The translations under genes and the position numbers were made by a program. A stretch of 62,357 nucleotides of DNA, the filler included. It is 5 parts of 5 records of this genome, joined end to end, with 100 filler letters (N's around TTAATTAATTAA, not from the genome) between each part and the next. Parts side by side here need not be neighbours in the genome. Positions count along the whole stretch, not along the records: positions 25,521 to 48,251 come from DRR723986_25629; positions 48,352 to 56,837 come from DRR723986_25672; 3 more parts are not named here. One strand, written 5' to 3'. The notes below the pieces were generated by a model. It was not told the DNA's origin, made no database searches, and worked only from the letters and a program-made list of their open reading frames with translations. This document shows positions 41,301 through 48,945 of the stretch, one piece after another (within the stretch, counting starts at the first letter, position 1; every line of letters starts with the position of its first letter).

Positions 41301-44300
41301 GCAAGCGTGTTGCCATCCGCGTCGACTAGTTCAACAACGGTGTCTAACGCATTGTTCGTCCGGTCAATGTCAAGCCATACTTCCGTACCGGCTTCAGCCG
41401 TGAAGGAGTACACGTCAACGTCCGACGGAGCAGCAATCGCTGCTTGCAGGTGGAAGCCAAGCCGAGTGTTCTCATCGCCGCCCTTGAGGTCTCGCGCGAG
41501 TGCTCCAAGATACTGACTGCTTGCAGGAGTCTCATTCGCTCGCGGAGCTGTCGAAAGCGCCGACTCAGTTTCATTGCTTACGGCAACGTTGCGATCATTG
41601 CTGTTAGAATCTAACAACACACTTCGCCAGTCACCAGCGGATCCGACCGAAGTTGGATTTCGGGCGACTAATTCAAGAAAGCTTGTTATGCGAGCTGACG
41701 TTGCTGTTGGGTTGACCCTCCAAGCGAACGCCGTGGTGATGTCCTCTAGGCCGTAGGCATCCCCAAGTTCTGGATCTACAAAAGACGGAAGGCTGGTTGT
41801 ATCGATGTTCCCTGCCACGCTGTATGACGTGCCCGGCCCCTCGATCGCATCCCGTAGTTCGCTAAATGCATCGGCTGCCCAGCCTTCGTAAGTGGCATTT
41901 TCCAATTCGCCAGGTGTAGACGTGTAAATACCACCTTGCGAAAAGCCAATCCGCTCAGGACCGTCAATCGTGAACGCTCGGAAGTCTGCTTCACCTGGCA
42001 CACCAGTTGTGAATAACAGATCGTCATCGTTGTTCAGTACGTCCTCATCGAGATAATTGACGACCTGGATGTCACCAAGCGGTTCGTCGCTGTCGAGAAT
42101 AATCGTGTTGAATACCTTTGAAATCCCGTTGTCCATACGGGACTCGACACGCCACCTAATTTCGCCATTCTCGCCGTTGAACGTGCCCTCGCTAACAACG
42201 AAATCAGGAGCCACAAGTGTAGGAGGTAAAGTTATCGTTGTATTGCCCAGATCAATCGCTTGGCCATTGCCACCGATATCTACATAGTTCAGAAACTGAA
42301 AGATTAAGTCTTCGTTAACGAAGGTCTGCGTATTTCCAATGGCCGACACGCCGCCGCCATTATTCTGAGCGCTGCTACCGCCAGGCCCAACGGCAAACGC
42401 GAATTGGCCCGGTACGCCAGGGAACACATCATTGTCAATAATGTTGCCGTTGTCGATTTCGGGACCGGTTGGGAGAACTGCTGGTCCAGTGAAGTTATTA
42501 GTATCTGTCTGAACATCACCGTCGAGTGTAAACCCAGCACCAACAGTCGAATCTGAGAGGCTGGTCAAGATTACAGGGAAGCCAGGTTGACCAACGACTT
42601 GTAGCGAACCACCAATGCGATCCGCATTGTCGAGCAATAGACCATCAGCGGTGAAGCCAGCGTTGTCGCCACCAAGCTTAACGACCAGGCTTTGATTGCT
42701 TGAGCTCTCGAGGCGGAGTCCACCAAATGCGTGATGATCCGGAATGCGGATTTCGCCCTGCACAATGTGAACGATGTCAGTGTCGTCCCAGCGACCTTCG
42801 GTTGTAAGCGTGCCTTCGCGAACGAGCAGACCATTGAGAGCGTTGTCGTCGATCAGGTTTTCCGCTACTAGAAGTCCTCGGTTGCCAACGCCCAATTCGT
42901 ATCGATCATGCCGACCTGTGCTACGCCCCGTATCCTCGACTGCGTAATGGTTTAGAGAGCTAACATTTGCACTAATTGCTGGCCCTTGATTATTGATAAT
43001 CGTGTTGCCAACGATGATAGGTTGAGCGGCTCGTACAAATACGGCCGCTGCGGAGTTGGTGCCTCGACCACCGCGATTCGGATCCGTAGAAGTCTCGGCG
43101 CCTGAGGCAGACAATTCGACGCGACTGTTCGTTAGGCGTACATCACTCTGGTGTACCTCGATAGGTGCAAAGTCAGAGAATCCACCTTCAACGCGAGTGG
43201 TACCACCACCGTAGGCGACGACTGCGTAATCCAAGCTAGCCTTCGACGTGTGGCCGATGTAGACACCGCCCCAATCACCGGCTTGCGCCTCTTGAGAACC
43301 GACGCGATTGGCTGTGTCGAAAGTTCCACCGGCTCCGTAGCGATGGTCGTTCAGGGACGTAAAGACGACCTTGTTGCCATCGGTACCTTCAGCGATCAAC
43401 TGAGCACCCATGTGCACGTCGATTCGCGCACCTTGGCTCTTGATGACTGTCCCAGGATCAATAACTAGCCGTGCGTCTGGGCGTGCAATGACGTTGTGTA
43501 CTTGTTCAGGCAGTGGCACGCCTAGGTCAACGCCACTATCAACAAACGAACCGATGGAAGCACGCAACTCGCCAATCAGCGTGTATGGGCCTTCGCCGTT
43601 AGGGCTGCTTCTGTAGATTCGATTGACGTCGGTTGGAACGTTCGACAGCACAATCGAACCAACACCTACAGTACGGATGCTGCGGGTTGGTTCCGAAGCG
43701 GGGCTTTCGACTCCAGCGGCATCGAGAGTGCTGAAGCGATATCGGTAAGTTCCACCGGCAAGCGTGCCGCCGTTTTGAGCCGTTAGCCCAGTGCTCGTAG
43801 ACGATGGAGCTTGCACCTCTTGCAGAGCGCCACCGGGAGTGCCCTGGATTTCCAGGTTCTCTGGGATGTAGTGGACGACACCCGTGTCGTCGAATCGACC
43901 AGGAACGGTCAACTTCTCAACTTCTGAAGGTGTGCGAACGCGTACTTGAAGACCATTGATTGAGTTGCCGACAAATCGGTTGCCATAGAGCTCTGGGCCG
44001 ACACGGTCGTAGTCTACGCTGAACGGAAACTCTGTTCCCTGTTCGGCCGGTGTCAAGAAATTCGATTCCAGGAAGCTATTGGGAGTTGCACTCAACGCTG
44101 CATCGGCACTCGACGTGACCGAGCTGTTGACGATTGTTGGACGGGCGTCAATCATCTGGATCGGCGTGATGACCTGCGACAGTCCATCGACGACAACTTG
44201 GCCACCACCGAAGCGAACATCGGCGTGACTGATCCAGTTCAGGAATTGTCCTTGTTCTTCCAGGTTCTCGCGTGTTGGGTTACCGCTATCGATCCGTGTT

Positions 44301-47300
44301 CGGAAGTCGATACCGCCCCAATCGCCAGCCGAAGGAACACTACCGACAACGGCGGAATTCGCATTCATGCCGATGCTCGGGTCGTTCAAGCTGGTGAAGA
44401 ATACTTCGCCAGAAATTGGCTGGTTGTCGCCATCGACCAAAACTTGTCCCGAAGGAGTTTGGAGCGTTGGAGTACCGAGAACCAACAGGCTGCCTGCGCT
44501 GCGGTCGACACTAACACTGGTTGAACCAACACCGACGCGGGCACGACGCAGCTTCAGAATGGCACCTGCATCGATCATCACCGAGACGTCGCGTGGCACG
44601 TCGAACGTTGCACCGTCTGGCAGTGGCCGGCCAAGATTGTCGAAGCCGATTTCGTAGGCCAGATTGTCGCTGTGCGAAGCAAAGCTACCGTCGGCACCAC
44701 CGTTCCCAACGATTCGGACTACGTCGCCAGGGCTTGCTGCACTCAAGGCGTCATCGATGTTCTTGAAGGGAGCTCCGACGCTGCCGTTGCCGCCAGCAGC
44801 AGCCGACTTGTCGACAAACTTGGTGTTCGTGTCTGCTGAGGGGCGGAACCAGAAGTTGAAAACTCCTCCTGGTGTTCCGTCGCCATCGCCGTCAAATTCT
44901 GTGCCCGTGATCGAGTCACCGTCACGCAGAACCGAGTCAGCAGGAGGTTGGAAGTCCAGACGCAACTGGTAGGCGCCCTGGCTGCGACCGCCGATACCGG
45001 TGTCCGAAATGACCGGATCGTAGGCGCCATTGCCACTGGCGCTGACACCCACGATGTAATTTCCTGATTCGAGATTCAGCTCAAGGAACGAATCCGAGCT
45101 GTAGTAGTCGTCGTTGCGAGCGATCTCGTCCCATCCGCCCAGGTCATTCTGTTCAAAGAGACGAATCTGAGAGTCGAGTAAGCTCGATTCACTCATTCGT
45201 TCTGCAAAGGCTTCAATGCTAACTCGACCATCAACTGGCAAACTGAATTGGTAGAGGTCGATGTCCTTGCTGTCGGGCCTGTACAGAAATTGCCCATGCA
45301 CGATGTCTGCGTCGCCAGGCAGTACGATCTCAGTGCCAACGCCAGGTGCGAAAACGCTGGCAAACGACTGGATTGTCATTTGCTCAAGCTCGTCCGCATC
45401 GCCCAGGCCAAGGAGTTTTCCAACGGCTTGCATCGCAGCTCGCTGAAATTCGCCAGCGAACTCATTCAAGGAAGCTTCGCTGAAGTCTTGAATGTCGAGA
45501 ACGGTTCCAGGCTGACCATTGCTGATCAGACTGCCCGCTTCAAAGAATGTCAGGCCTGGCTGGTTATTCTCCGCAACACCAGGTGTCGTGCCGCCAACGA
45601 CGTCTGGGAATGGCACAATGGCTCGCATGTCGCCAACGCCAATCGTCAGCCCAAGGTTGTCGCTCTCAATGAAGCGGACCCCCAAGTACTGCTCGTACAG
45701 ACTCAAGACTTCACGCACGCGAACCTTTTGTGTTTCCGTGATCGCATTCAGCAGCGTGGAACCGTTCAGAACGCCCAGTTGACCCTGGAAGTTGTAGTAA
45801 AAGACGCTTGTTCCATCGACCGAGTCGGCACCTAGTCGGAGGTTGTCTTGTATCCGTATATTCCGATTTCCAGGCTCGTCGCTGCCGCCAGGGAAATCAA
45901 GCAACAGGGGAGTTTGGTTTTCTATTTCGGAATCAATGATGACTGACTGCGAACCGCCAGCACCTGGAGTCCAGGCCGTCGATAGATCGGTAGCGTCGGC
46001 AAACGTGTCGGCCGGATCGGTTGTGACTGCATCAACCGTTGCTGGTGCAAGTGGTTGAGATTCGTCGGTGCCGATACGCAGGCGCAGCTCTTGTCCGCCG
46101 GGAGCGTATTGGTCTAGAGTCCTCGCGAATCGTAGCGAGACCCGATTAGCTTCCGGATAGTAACGAATTCGAGTTGGCGTCTCAGGAGCAGCGTCGTCGG
46201 AGGAGTCGAGCGTCCCTTGCGTCGCAATCAACTGATAGAAATTTGGGTTGAGGACACCCGTCTGGCCGCTGCCGGTGGTGAAGGTGATTGTGTCGCTGTT
46301 TTGGAAGAACAGCGAGCCACGTTCGGCGGTCAACTGCGCCAGAGTCAGCCCGTTAACGGACTGAACCGACAACAGGTCGATCATCTGATCGTCGCTCAAA
46401 TATACGTCAATTTCACTGGTGCGGTCCCAAGAAAGCGCACCGGTTGCCGGGTCCCGCGAGACCGGTTGCGGAACGACCGACGCGACTTGGGCACCAACGT
46501 TTAGATCGAATGCGACAGACCGAGAAATCCCGCAGTCGAAAGCATCACCGTTGATGTTGCGAAGTGTTCGTACGCCTTGCCCAAGGATCTCGATACGATA
46601 GCGGTCATCTGGAAGCGGCTCGGAAAACCGCATGATGACTTCGCGATCGCTGTCACCGATTCCAACGTAGGCTGGAACGATTTCGATGTCCGTAACGCCG
46701 TCAAGCGTGAGTGGAGAATAGGTGATCGGGGCAGTGCCGATTCGGGTCGCGCCAGAACCGCTAACCAATTGTGCTTCGACAAGTTGCGAAGCAAGCGTCT
46801 GTGATGAGTTCAGCGCGTTGACAAAATCGTTTACTGTCGACGCATTGAGTGGATTGCTGTTCAGTTCGACATTGATGTTCTTGCCATCGACGGTCACGAT
46901 CGGCGCACCAGGACCACCACGGTCGCGAGCTGTGACGCTGACGTTAATCCCTAGGCCATTGTTGCCGCCTTCACGGGCAACCAATCGAACTTCCAGCGTG
47001 TTGCTGATGTCAAAATTGGTGCTCGCCTTGGCCGAATTGGCTCCGGTTAGAACCAGAGGTGTGCCAATATCGGTACTTCGGCCGATTGCGATGGTCTGAG
47101 ATCCGCGCAAGCGCAGCGCGTAAACCAGCCGAGTGACAGGTGTATCTTGCTGTTGGTCGAAGGCCTGCAGCAAGTCTTCGACGCGCGTTTCAAGAGCTGG
47201 ATTGGAATTCAGTTCGACGTTAATCGTTCGGCCGTCAACACTTACAGCCGGTTCACGAGTGTCGCTACGTGAAGCCCGAGTGAACTCGATGCGGATCCCG

Positions 47301-47677
47301 TTGCCAGCTTCGCCGGGCTCGGTCGCGTAGAATTCGACCAGAGTCTGGCCATTGGTATTGAAGTCCGTCGCTCGGCTTGCGCGCTCGAAGACCCCATCCT
47401 CGCCACTGCGCACCACTCGGATGCCGTCGAGCGTGTCTGGGTCGATTGCAGCTCCGTCATTAAAGCGGAAGACCAGTTCGCGCGGCGACTCATTAAGAAC
47501 ATCGCCACTCTGCAGTAAGTCTCCCGTATTGGGTTGGATGCTCAGCAACTGCGGCCCGACGGCAAGCAATTGACGAGCCTCGAGAGACTCAAGGAGAATA
47601 CGTCTGGCGGTTCGGCGTTGCTGTAAGCGTTTACGAGCTAACAGTTTACGCGATTTTGACAAACCACTGGCGGCCAT
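32336..47677 (-). CDS. Giant (5113 aa) planctomycete surface protein: LExRxLL motif, degenerate metalloprotease domain, about four PPC-like domains, beta-helix-like regions, TFEFD repeats, GEVED domain, C-terminal dockerin
   Basis: 15.3-kb uninterrupted ORF; LESLEARQLLA; DIDLY/DVDVY/DVDWF/DVDII PPC-like starts; FTSLND..GDWGG; DYGDAP...GEVEDF; DVNADGFISPIDALQVIN and DVNGDGFVTPGDVLAIVN. Confidence 0.88.
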   Translation of the reverse strand: MAASGLSKSRKLLARKRLQQRRTARRILLESLEARQLLAVGPQLLSIQPNTGDLLQSGDVLNESPRELVFRFNDGAAIDPDTLDGIRVVRSGEDGVFERASRATDFNTNGQTLVEFYATEPGEAGNGIRIEFTRASRSDTREPAVSVDGRTINVELNSNPALETRVEDLLQAFDQQQDTPVTRLVYALRLRGSQTIAIGRSTDIGTPLVLTGANSAKASTNFDISNTLEVRLVAREGGNNGLGINVSVTARDRGGPGAPIVTVDGKNINVELNSNPLNASTVNDFVNALNSSQTLASQLVEAQLVSGSGATRIGTAPITYSPLTLDGVTDIEIVPAYVGIGDSDREVIMRFSEPLPDDRYRIEILGQGVRTLRNINGDAFDCGISRSVAFDLNVGAQVASVVPQPVSRDPATGALSWDRTSEIDVYLSDDQMIDLLSVQSVNGLTLAQLTAERGSLFFQNSDTITFTTGSGQTGVLNPNFYQLIATQGTLDSSDDAAPETPTRIRYYPEANRVSLRFARTLDQYAPGGQELRLRIGTDESQPLAPATVDAVTTDPADTFADATDLSTAWTPGAGGSQSVIIDSEIENQTPLLLDFPGGSDEPGNRNIRIQDNLRLGADSVDGTSVFYYNFQGQLGVLNGSTLLNAITETQKVRVREVLSLYEQYLGVRFIESDNLGLTIGVGDMRAIVPFPDVVGGTTPGVAENNQPGLTFFEAGSLISNGQPGTVLDIQDFSEASLNEFAGEFQRAAMQAVGKLLGLGDADELEQMTIQSFASVFAPGVGTEIVLPGDADIVHGQFLYRPDSKDIDLYQFSLPVDGRVSIEAFAERMSESSLLDSQIRLFEQNDLGGWDEIARNDDYYSSDSFLELNLESGNYIVGVSASGNGAYDPVISDTGIGGRSQGAYQLRLDFQPPADSVLRDGDSITGTEFDGDGDGTPGGVFNFWFRPSADTNTKFVDKSAAAGGNGSVGAPFKNIDDALSAASPGDVVRIVGNGGADGSFASHSDNLAYEIGFDNLGRPLPDGATFDVPRDVSVMIDAGAILKLRRARVGVGSTSVSVDRSAGSLLVLGTPTLQTPSGQVLVDGDNQPISGEVFFTSLNDPSIGMNANSAVVGSVPSAGDWGGIDFRTRIDSGNPTRENLEEQGQFLNWISHADVRFGGGQVVVDGLSQVITPIQMIDARPTIVNSSVTSSADAALSATPNSFLESNFLTPAEQGTEFPFSVDYDRVGPELYGNRFVGNSINGLQVRVRTPSEVEKLTVPGRFDDTGVVHYIPENLEIQGTPGGALQEVQAPSSTSTGLTAQNGGTLAGGTYRYRFSTLDAAGVESPASEPTRSIRTVGVGSIVLSNVPTDVNRIYRSSPNGEGPYTLIGELRASIGSFVDSGVDLGVPLPEQVHNVIARPDARLVIDPGTVIKSQGARIDVHMGAQLIAEGTDGNKVVFTSLNDHRYGAGGTFDTANRVGSQEAQAGDWGGVYIGHTSKASLDYAVVAYGGGTTRVEGGFSDFAPIEVHQSDVRLTNSRVELSASGAETSTDPNRGGRGTNSAAAVFVRAAQPIIVGNTIINNQGPAISANVSSLNHYAVEDTGRSTGRHDRYELGVGNRGLLVAENLIDDNALNGLLVREGTLTTEGRWDDTDIVHIVQGEIRIPDHHAFGGLRLESSSNQSLVVKLGGDNAGFTADGLLLDNADRIGGSLQVVGQPGFPVILTSLSDSTVGAGFTLDGDVQTDTNNFTGPAVLPTGPEIDNGNIIDNDVFPGVPGQFAFAVGPGGSSAQNNGGGVSAIGNTQTFVNEDLIFQFLNYVDIGGNGQAIDLGNTTITLPPTLVAPDFVVSEGTFNGENGEIRWRVESRMDNGISKVFNTIILDSDEPLGDIQVVNYLDEDVLNNDDDLLFTTGVPGEADFRAFTIDGPERIGFSQGGIYTSTPGELENATYEGWAADAFSELRDAIEGPGTSYSVAGNIDTTSLPSFVDPELGDAYGLEDITTAFAWRVNPTATSARITSFLELVARNPTSVGSAGDWRSVLLDSNSNDRNVAVSNETESALSTAPRANETPASSQYLGALARDLKGGDENTRLGFHLQAAIAAPSDVDVYSFTAEAGTEVWLDIDRTNNALDTVVELVDADGNTLALSDNSLDEEGNPSLLQVNGLPLESVNPLRSSPAELYYTSATGAPKDLFSTNPKDAGMRVSLPGQPGTSNLYHVRVRSSSLGEGDPASKLADPAEVTSGLTQGNYQLQIRLTEVDEVPGSSINYADIRFAQNGIQLVGVPANSPLLGENGEVEVRDIDGDGILDPATESNSAFANAQALGNLLQSNRQAISVAGNLDSTTDVDWFSFDIDYERIRPSSIQEYFSTVLDIDYANGIGRPDVSMYVFDSAGNLVLGGLGSNLVDDQASPLNASDNSDLSRGSAGSLDPFIGSYELPSGTYFVAITNSSQIPEVVAQFTDSGNTTPLVRLQPIEGVQLIAEDHVSFNGGSTALGPIVPDLFTNDAVVEYGLGDLNLYVSRDAGRGGFDSAATRIYGVNPFTGQQAVFFSQQAGDVEDIAFRDNGNLHAYTRAFIGGTAGADPDGLISYVQIDTGTGAFNAIGTSGLQTSHLNTTVNPPVVNNSDDGVHPEAITFGTVFGAERGFFVGNRPSPGNSANTPPGATQTRVAVGTARPNVDSFANILYEFDESTGTAISAPGVDKTLIAVSDEAGTAVRERGTIQTSTPGATQAGLLIAREATTSVAGVPQFDLQDGETFRLVDRTTGLPLNLDFEFDFGPEALITYDPLAGRFVQDEMQFVIDGTTYEFDTGNVIVIEAASGSFLTDSSTVRIQNAAGTEIVFEFDNDNSLVGVGNIRVPYSATSSQAEIVQSLVDAINFAPNFGVRADFTTGSNRISLLGVSDTEPTIATGSGISIDGSLGVSDPAAVRVPITESATERELVDAITAAMPNDITVGYESGRINFSGATTADFGDLETAGIFNDQGSSGAVRAGFIAVRSLASDTAATTADRIAQAINDLGIVGLSATTNGAEVQLFGATIANDGPLSSGGVAPGGLIRGIATVGNVLYAVSDQGGLYRITNPARPSQGIFRAANTYVQSSYALQGIEFTGLVAGPDPSLTGGVQVLMGIDSDGVVYAFDTGGRPVPVFANGATQVSTGLTGANGLAFAPNDSNPWGITNTGDNTNRENDAGHGLPSTPNGSRGASNGGASYYFGNSQSVDYDFAGGAAGAIESVPFSLEGIGAADLPMLYFNYFLETEDQNGGSMRDALRVYASGEDGNWQLLATNDSGNGRTPGQVQELFDNTGSWRQARVPLDSVAGLDNVKLRIEFSTGAGFGYGRFGGRGPEIRTLAGERLVDGETLVINGERFEIEMGPTLTIPAGTSLTSGDSVVIEGNRYIFTDGTGPAVLAPDIPVPFQSTDDAETIANNLRNAILNATVNVPVISGVGYADEANDIIPQASQSGVRGETVRVIGTGSIGDNVDLADTAEDVDIIRFDVEAGSQVTINANASTVGSRLNTFLRVFDESGTQLFSNDNAPGTTDSEISFVAPTTGIYYIGVTGAGNQDYNPALSGTASVGSTGDYELVIEVIRDINPIVAGNRLQISGASLVRVTPGTPIGLQGQAGSNGLPINVNAAMTTQEVAEALQRAVAEHFANGDIDSYKIRGGDTIDLTGLNVQNAGPFGLTTTFVGDATGSFNSPLRAQENDFEGAYIDDIVIGVAGRGEMALGPTGGNTNFVPNPEATNQILTGPYQLEIRGGEEYGVPNLSGITITDTFSPNSRMAPGLAIQFNDASRISAGATFTVSDGPRVVTFEMDDVNDGVAVAPGNIALPFNSAVIDPLTGGSSAERGQTIAARFRDILNSPALQQLLDISGNLLNNDRIGATSDTVVLIGNASVEIPATIGTEIVSSGEGARNRERPQGQVVVANSKISNSAGFGATIAAAPRDATTNAPVPGTPRNTVTLNNERLAPGAVIMNSEFIGNASGGIDVTGDAGGLGLPDAAVPFVRLVNNTILSGEVTTITSFSPLIFGNTAFDIGSLAFADNVSEYTPNATGGPVPAAGLNVPGDALGIPNFSGVGEPNAGEGAVSLGRGGRLVLEFTNNLLTGSGDANPDLAVFEVGDSEEVLVEVSADGNRYTTIGIASAANPLLDIDAAGFNINSRLSFVRLTDIGVQGSQTGDSVGADIDAVGAISSVAADFYTQGGTGISIAQNATATLLNNVIVNATTGINVDTSSSSTVIGGTVFQRNGADVAGAATLGQFPVVVPDSTPLFVSAGRGNLYPAVSAPQIDSSIDSLEDRPGLVAVKGPLGLPPSPILAPQTDINGLLRIDDPAVETPSGLGENVFKDRGAQDRADFVGPSVFVVNPADNDLAGRDANPAESIVELTNVSLQHFDIQLFDGLEPTNPSQGAGIDHSTVTSASVLLFRNNEPLVEGVDYRFGYDSTNGVIRLTPLTGVWPSESVYTIRFINANETSIVARAAAGYQDGDSFDIIDSSGSRTTFEFDLGFQLSVPTADGVVADITDGTTFSVDDGINQLTFEFDSNGVANPTNNLVSIGVGSSPSSVGRAIANAINNSGLNVDVAELGAGRLQIQGGRLSAIAALDSGLVVSGTPGVRAAFGLQIPLSGGEPSGLADGQTFTIDRSGAPVTFELDTNGITTPNTIPVRYIAGSSATVIADALVTAINAANLGLNPQSVGGGLVTLAGDANTQLDLSSTGLQQSGEAAQPSAVRIALPAGTNVSATEVAGIIASVIEAQGLPGVTTSQFGSRVVVEGALGVAGVGAGNIRAITDEAGNPLKANQEDGSTTLTIFLGEGLDYGDAPSPYISTNQDGGPRHSVVSGLSLGATVSADADARLDNADNDDGLTFTNLIAAFQADVEIDVTNTTGEEAYLSVWVDFNGDGSFSQTDGELVRSGAINPGQTTVSFLVPSNANVGEIYARARLSTDAASVASPVGAAPDGEVEDFALNLQSNPFQNQSNNLDVNADGFISPIDALQVINYINSGQPDVLTLPAPNAPPFVDVNGDGFVTPGDVLAIVNYLNNEGSGEGEGVGTTDVLGSDWAGGLENLIGASRAEAEAPVTYDSVLIETADEVPLVYGPVQSIESSSFDSVFDGLVDDESEDGSDGSDLFDGLLG

Positions 47678-48221
47678 TTAAAAACCTCTCGACGGAGCGC
47701 TGCGTTTAGCGTGTGTTGGTTGCAGGTTACCGGTCCCAGACCCCAAATTTCAGATGAGAAACAGTAGGGTTTTCGGCGTTAAACCACCATCCGGGTGGCT
47801 TAAGAGGCGGAATTTAGGTGTTCTGGGTAAACAAGACTGCGATCTTTGGATTGTAATTCGACGAAGTTCGATTTCAACGAACGGGAGTTTTCCCTGAAGA
47901 AACGGTGGCAGGAAGTGGCAAAAAAGCCTTCACAATCGGAATGTCAGGCATGCGCACAACCTTCCGAGCAATCCATCCAGTCCTTCAGCGGAGTCTTTGA
48001 GACCCCTGCCACCCGTAAAGTTCCCCGATCTCACTGGCGTAGCAACGCAATTCGGTGCCGCTTCTAACAGATTTTCCGGTTCAGATAGTCAATTTGGGGG
48101 TGAGTGCTAGCTTCGTGTGTAACGCCTAAGGCCCTCAAGGCGCATCAGGTCAAGCGGCGATATCACGAAGCTTGTTCGACTGGAGGGCCCCAGACTCGAG
48201 AATTCTGCCGTGTCCAAACTC

Positions 48222-48251
48222 CAGGACACGACAACAGGACACGACAACAGG
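48222..48251. repeat. 13-nt tandem repeat running into the contig end
   Basis: CAGGACACGACAA x2 plus CAGG, cut by the linker. Confidence 0.8.
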
Positions 48252-48351
48252 NNNNNNNNNNNNNNNNNNNNNNNNNNNNNNNNNNNNNNNNNNNNTTAAT
48301 TAATTAANNNNNNNNNNNNNNNNNNNNNNNNNNNNNNNNNNNNNNNNNNNN
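48252..48351. other. Artificial contig linker
   Basis: N44-TTAATTAATTAA-N44. Confidence 0.99.
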
Positions 48352-48781
48352 TCTTTACATCATGGCGCGGACCGATGACGTCATCAACGTTGCCGGGCAT
48401 CGCCTATCCACAGGTGGCATGGAAGAAGTTCTGGCCGGTCATCCTGACGTTGCCGAATGTGCCGTCATTGGCGTTTCAGACGCGCTGAAAGGTCAGATGC
48501 CTGTTGGTTTCTTGTGCCTCAATTCAGGTGCTGGTCGCGACAATGCTGAGGTTGTGTCAGAGGTTGTCAAACTCGTTCGTGAAAAGATCGGACCCGTGGC
48601 AGCCTTCAAGCTTGCCGTTGTTGTCGACCGGCTCCCCAAGACACGGTCGGGCAAAATCCTGCGGGGCACCATGGTGTCGATTGCGGATGGCAAATCGTAC
48701 AAAATGCCCGCCACAATTGACGATCCGGCCATTCTCGATGAAATCACCGACGCGTTGAAGACGCTCGGCTACGCGACCTAA
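48352..48781 (+). CDS. prpE: Propionyl-CoA synthetase-like acyl-CoA synthetase, C-terminal part (5' truncated)
   Basis: RTDDVINVAGHRLSTGGMEEVL, LPKTRSGKILR, PATIDDPAIL. Confidence 0.8.
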
Positions 48782-48786
48782 AGCTT

Positions 48787-48815
48787 AGGCGCCCCCTCAA
48801 TTGAGAGGGGCGCCT
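48787..48815. terminator. GC-rich hairpin after prpE, possible terminator
   Basis: AGGCGCCCC...GGGGCGCCT inverted repeat just after the stop; no clear U-tract. Confidence 0.45.
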
Positions 48816-48945
48816 GCTCCCATAGCGCTAAATCTCTCCAACATTGGCAGGACCGCTTTCAATCATCGAAAGTGACGTTGGGGCGCGAATAGAGCCTCTT
48901 GCCTTCTCTCTCTCCTCGCCTAGGCTGCGAGGTGGGAGATTTTTC

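Noticed and set aside
32336-47677. Many 60-270 aa ORFs overlapping the giant gene
   Set aside because: Alternate-frame or antisense by-products of one long coding sequence
47678-48221. c-di-GMP or other riboswitch in the long leader of the giant gene
   Set aside because: No GEMM-type core motifs found by eye on the minus strand; an Rfam scan would be needed to exclude other elements
25521-48251. CRISPR array or mobile element in the planctomycete contig
   Set aside because: Edge repeats have 13-17 nt periods with no spacer-sized unique sequence; no cas, transposase or integrase ORFs recognised anywhere in the window
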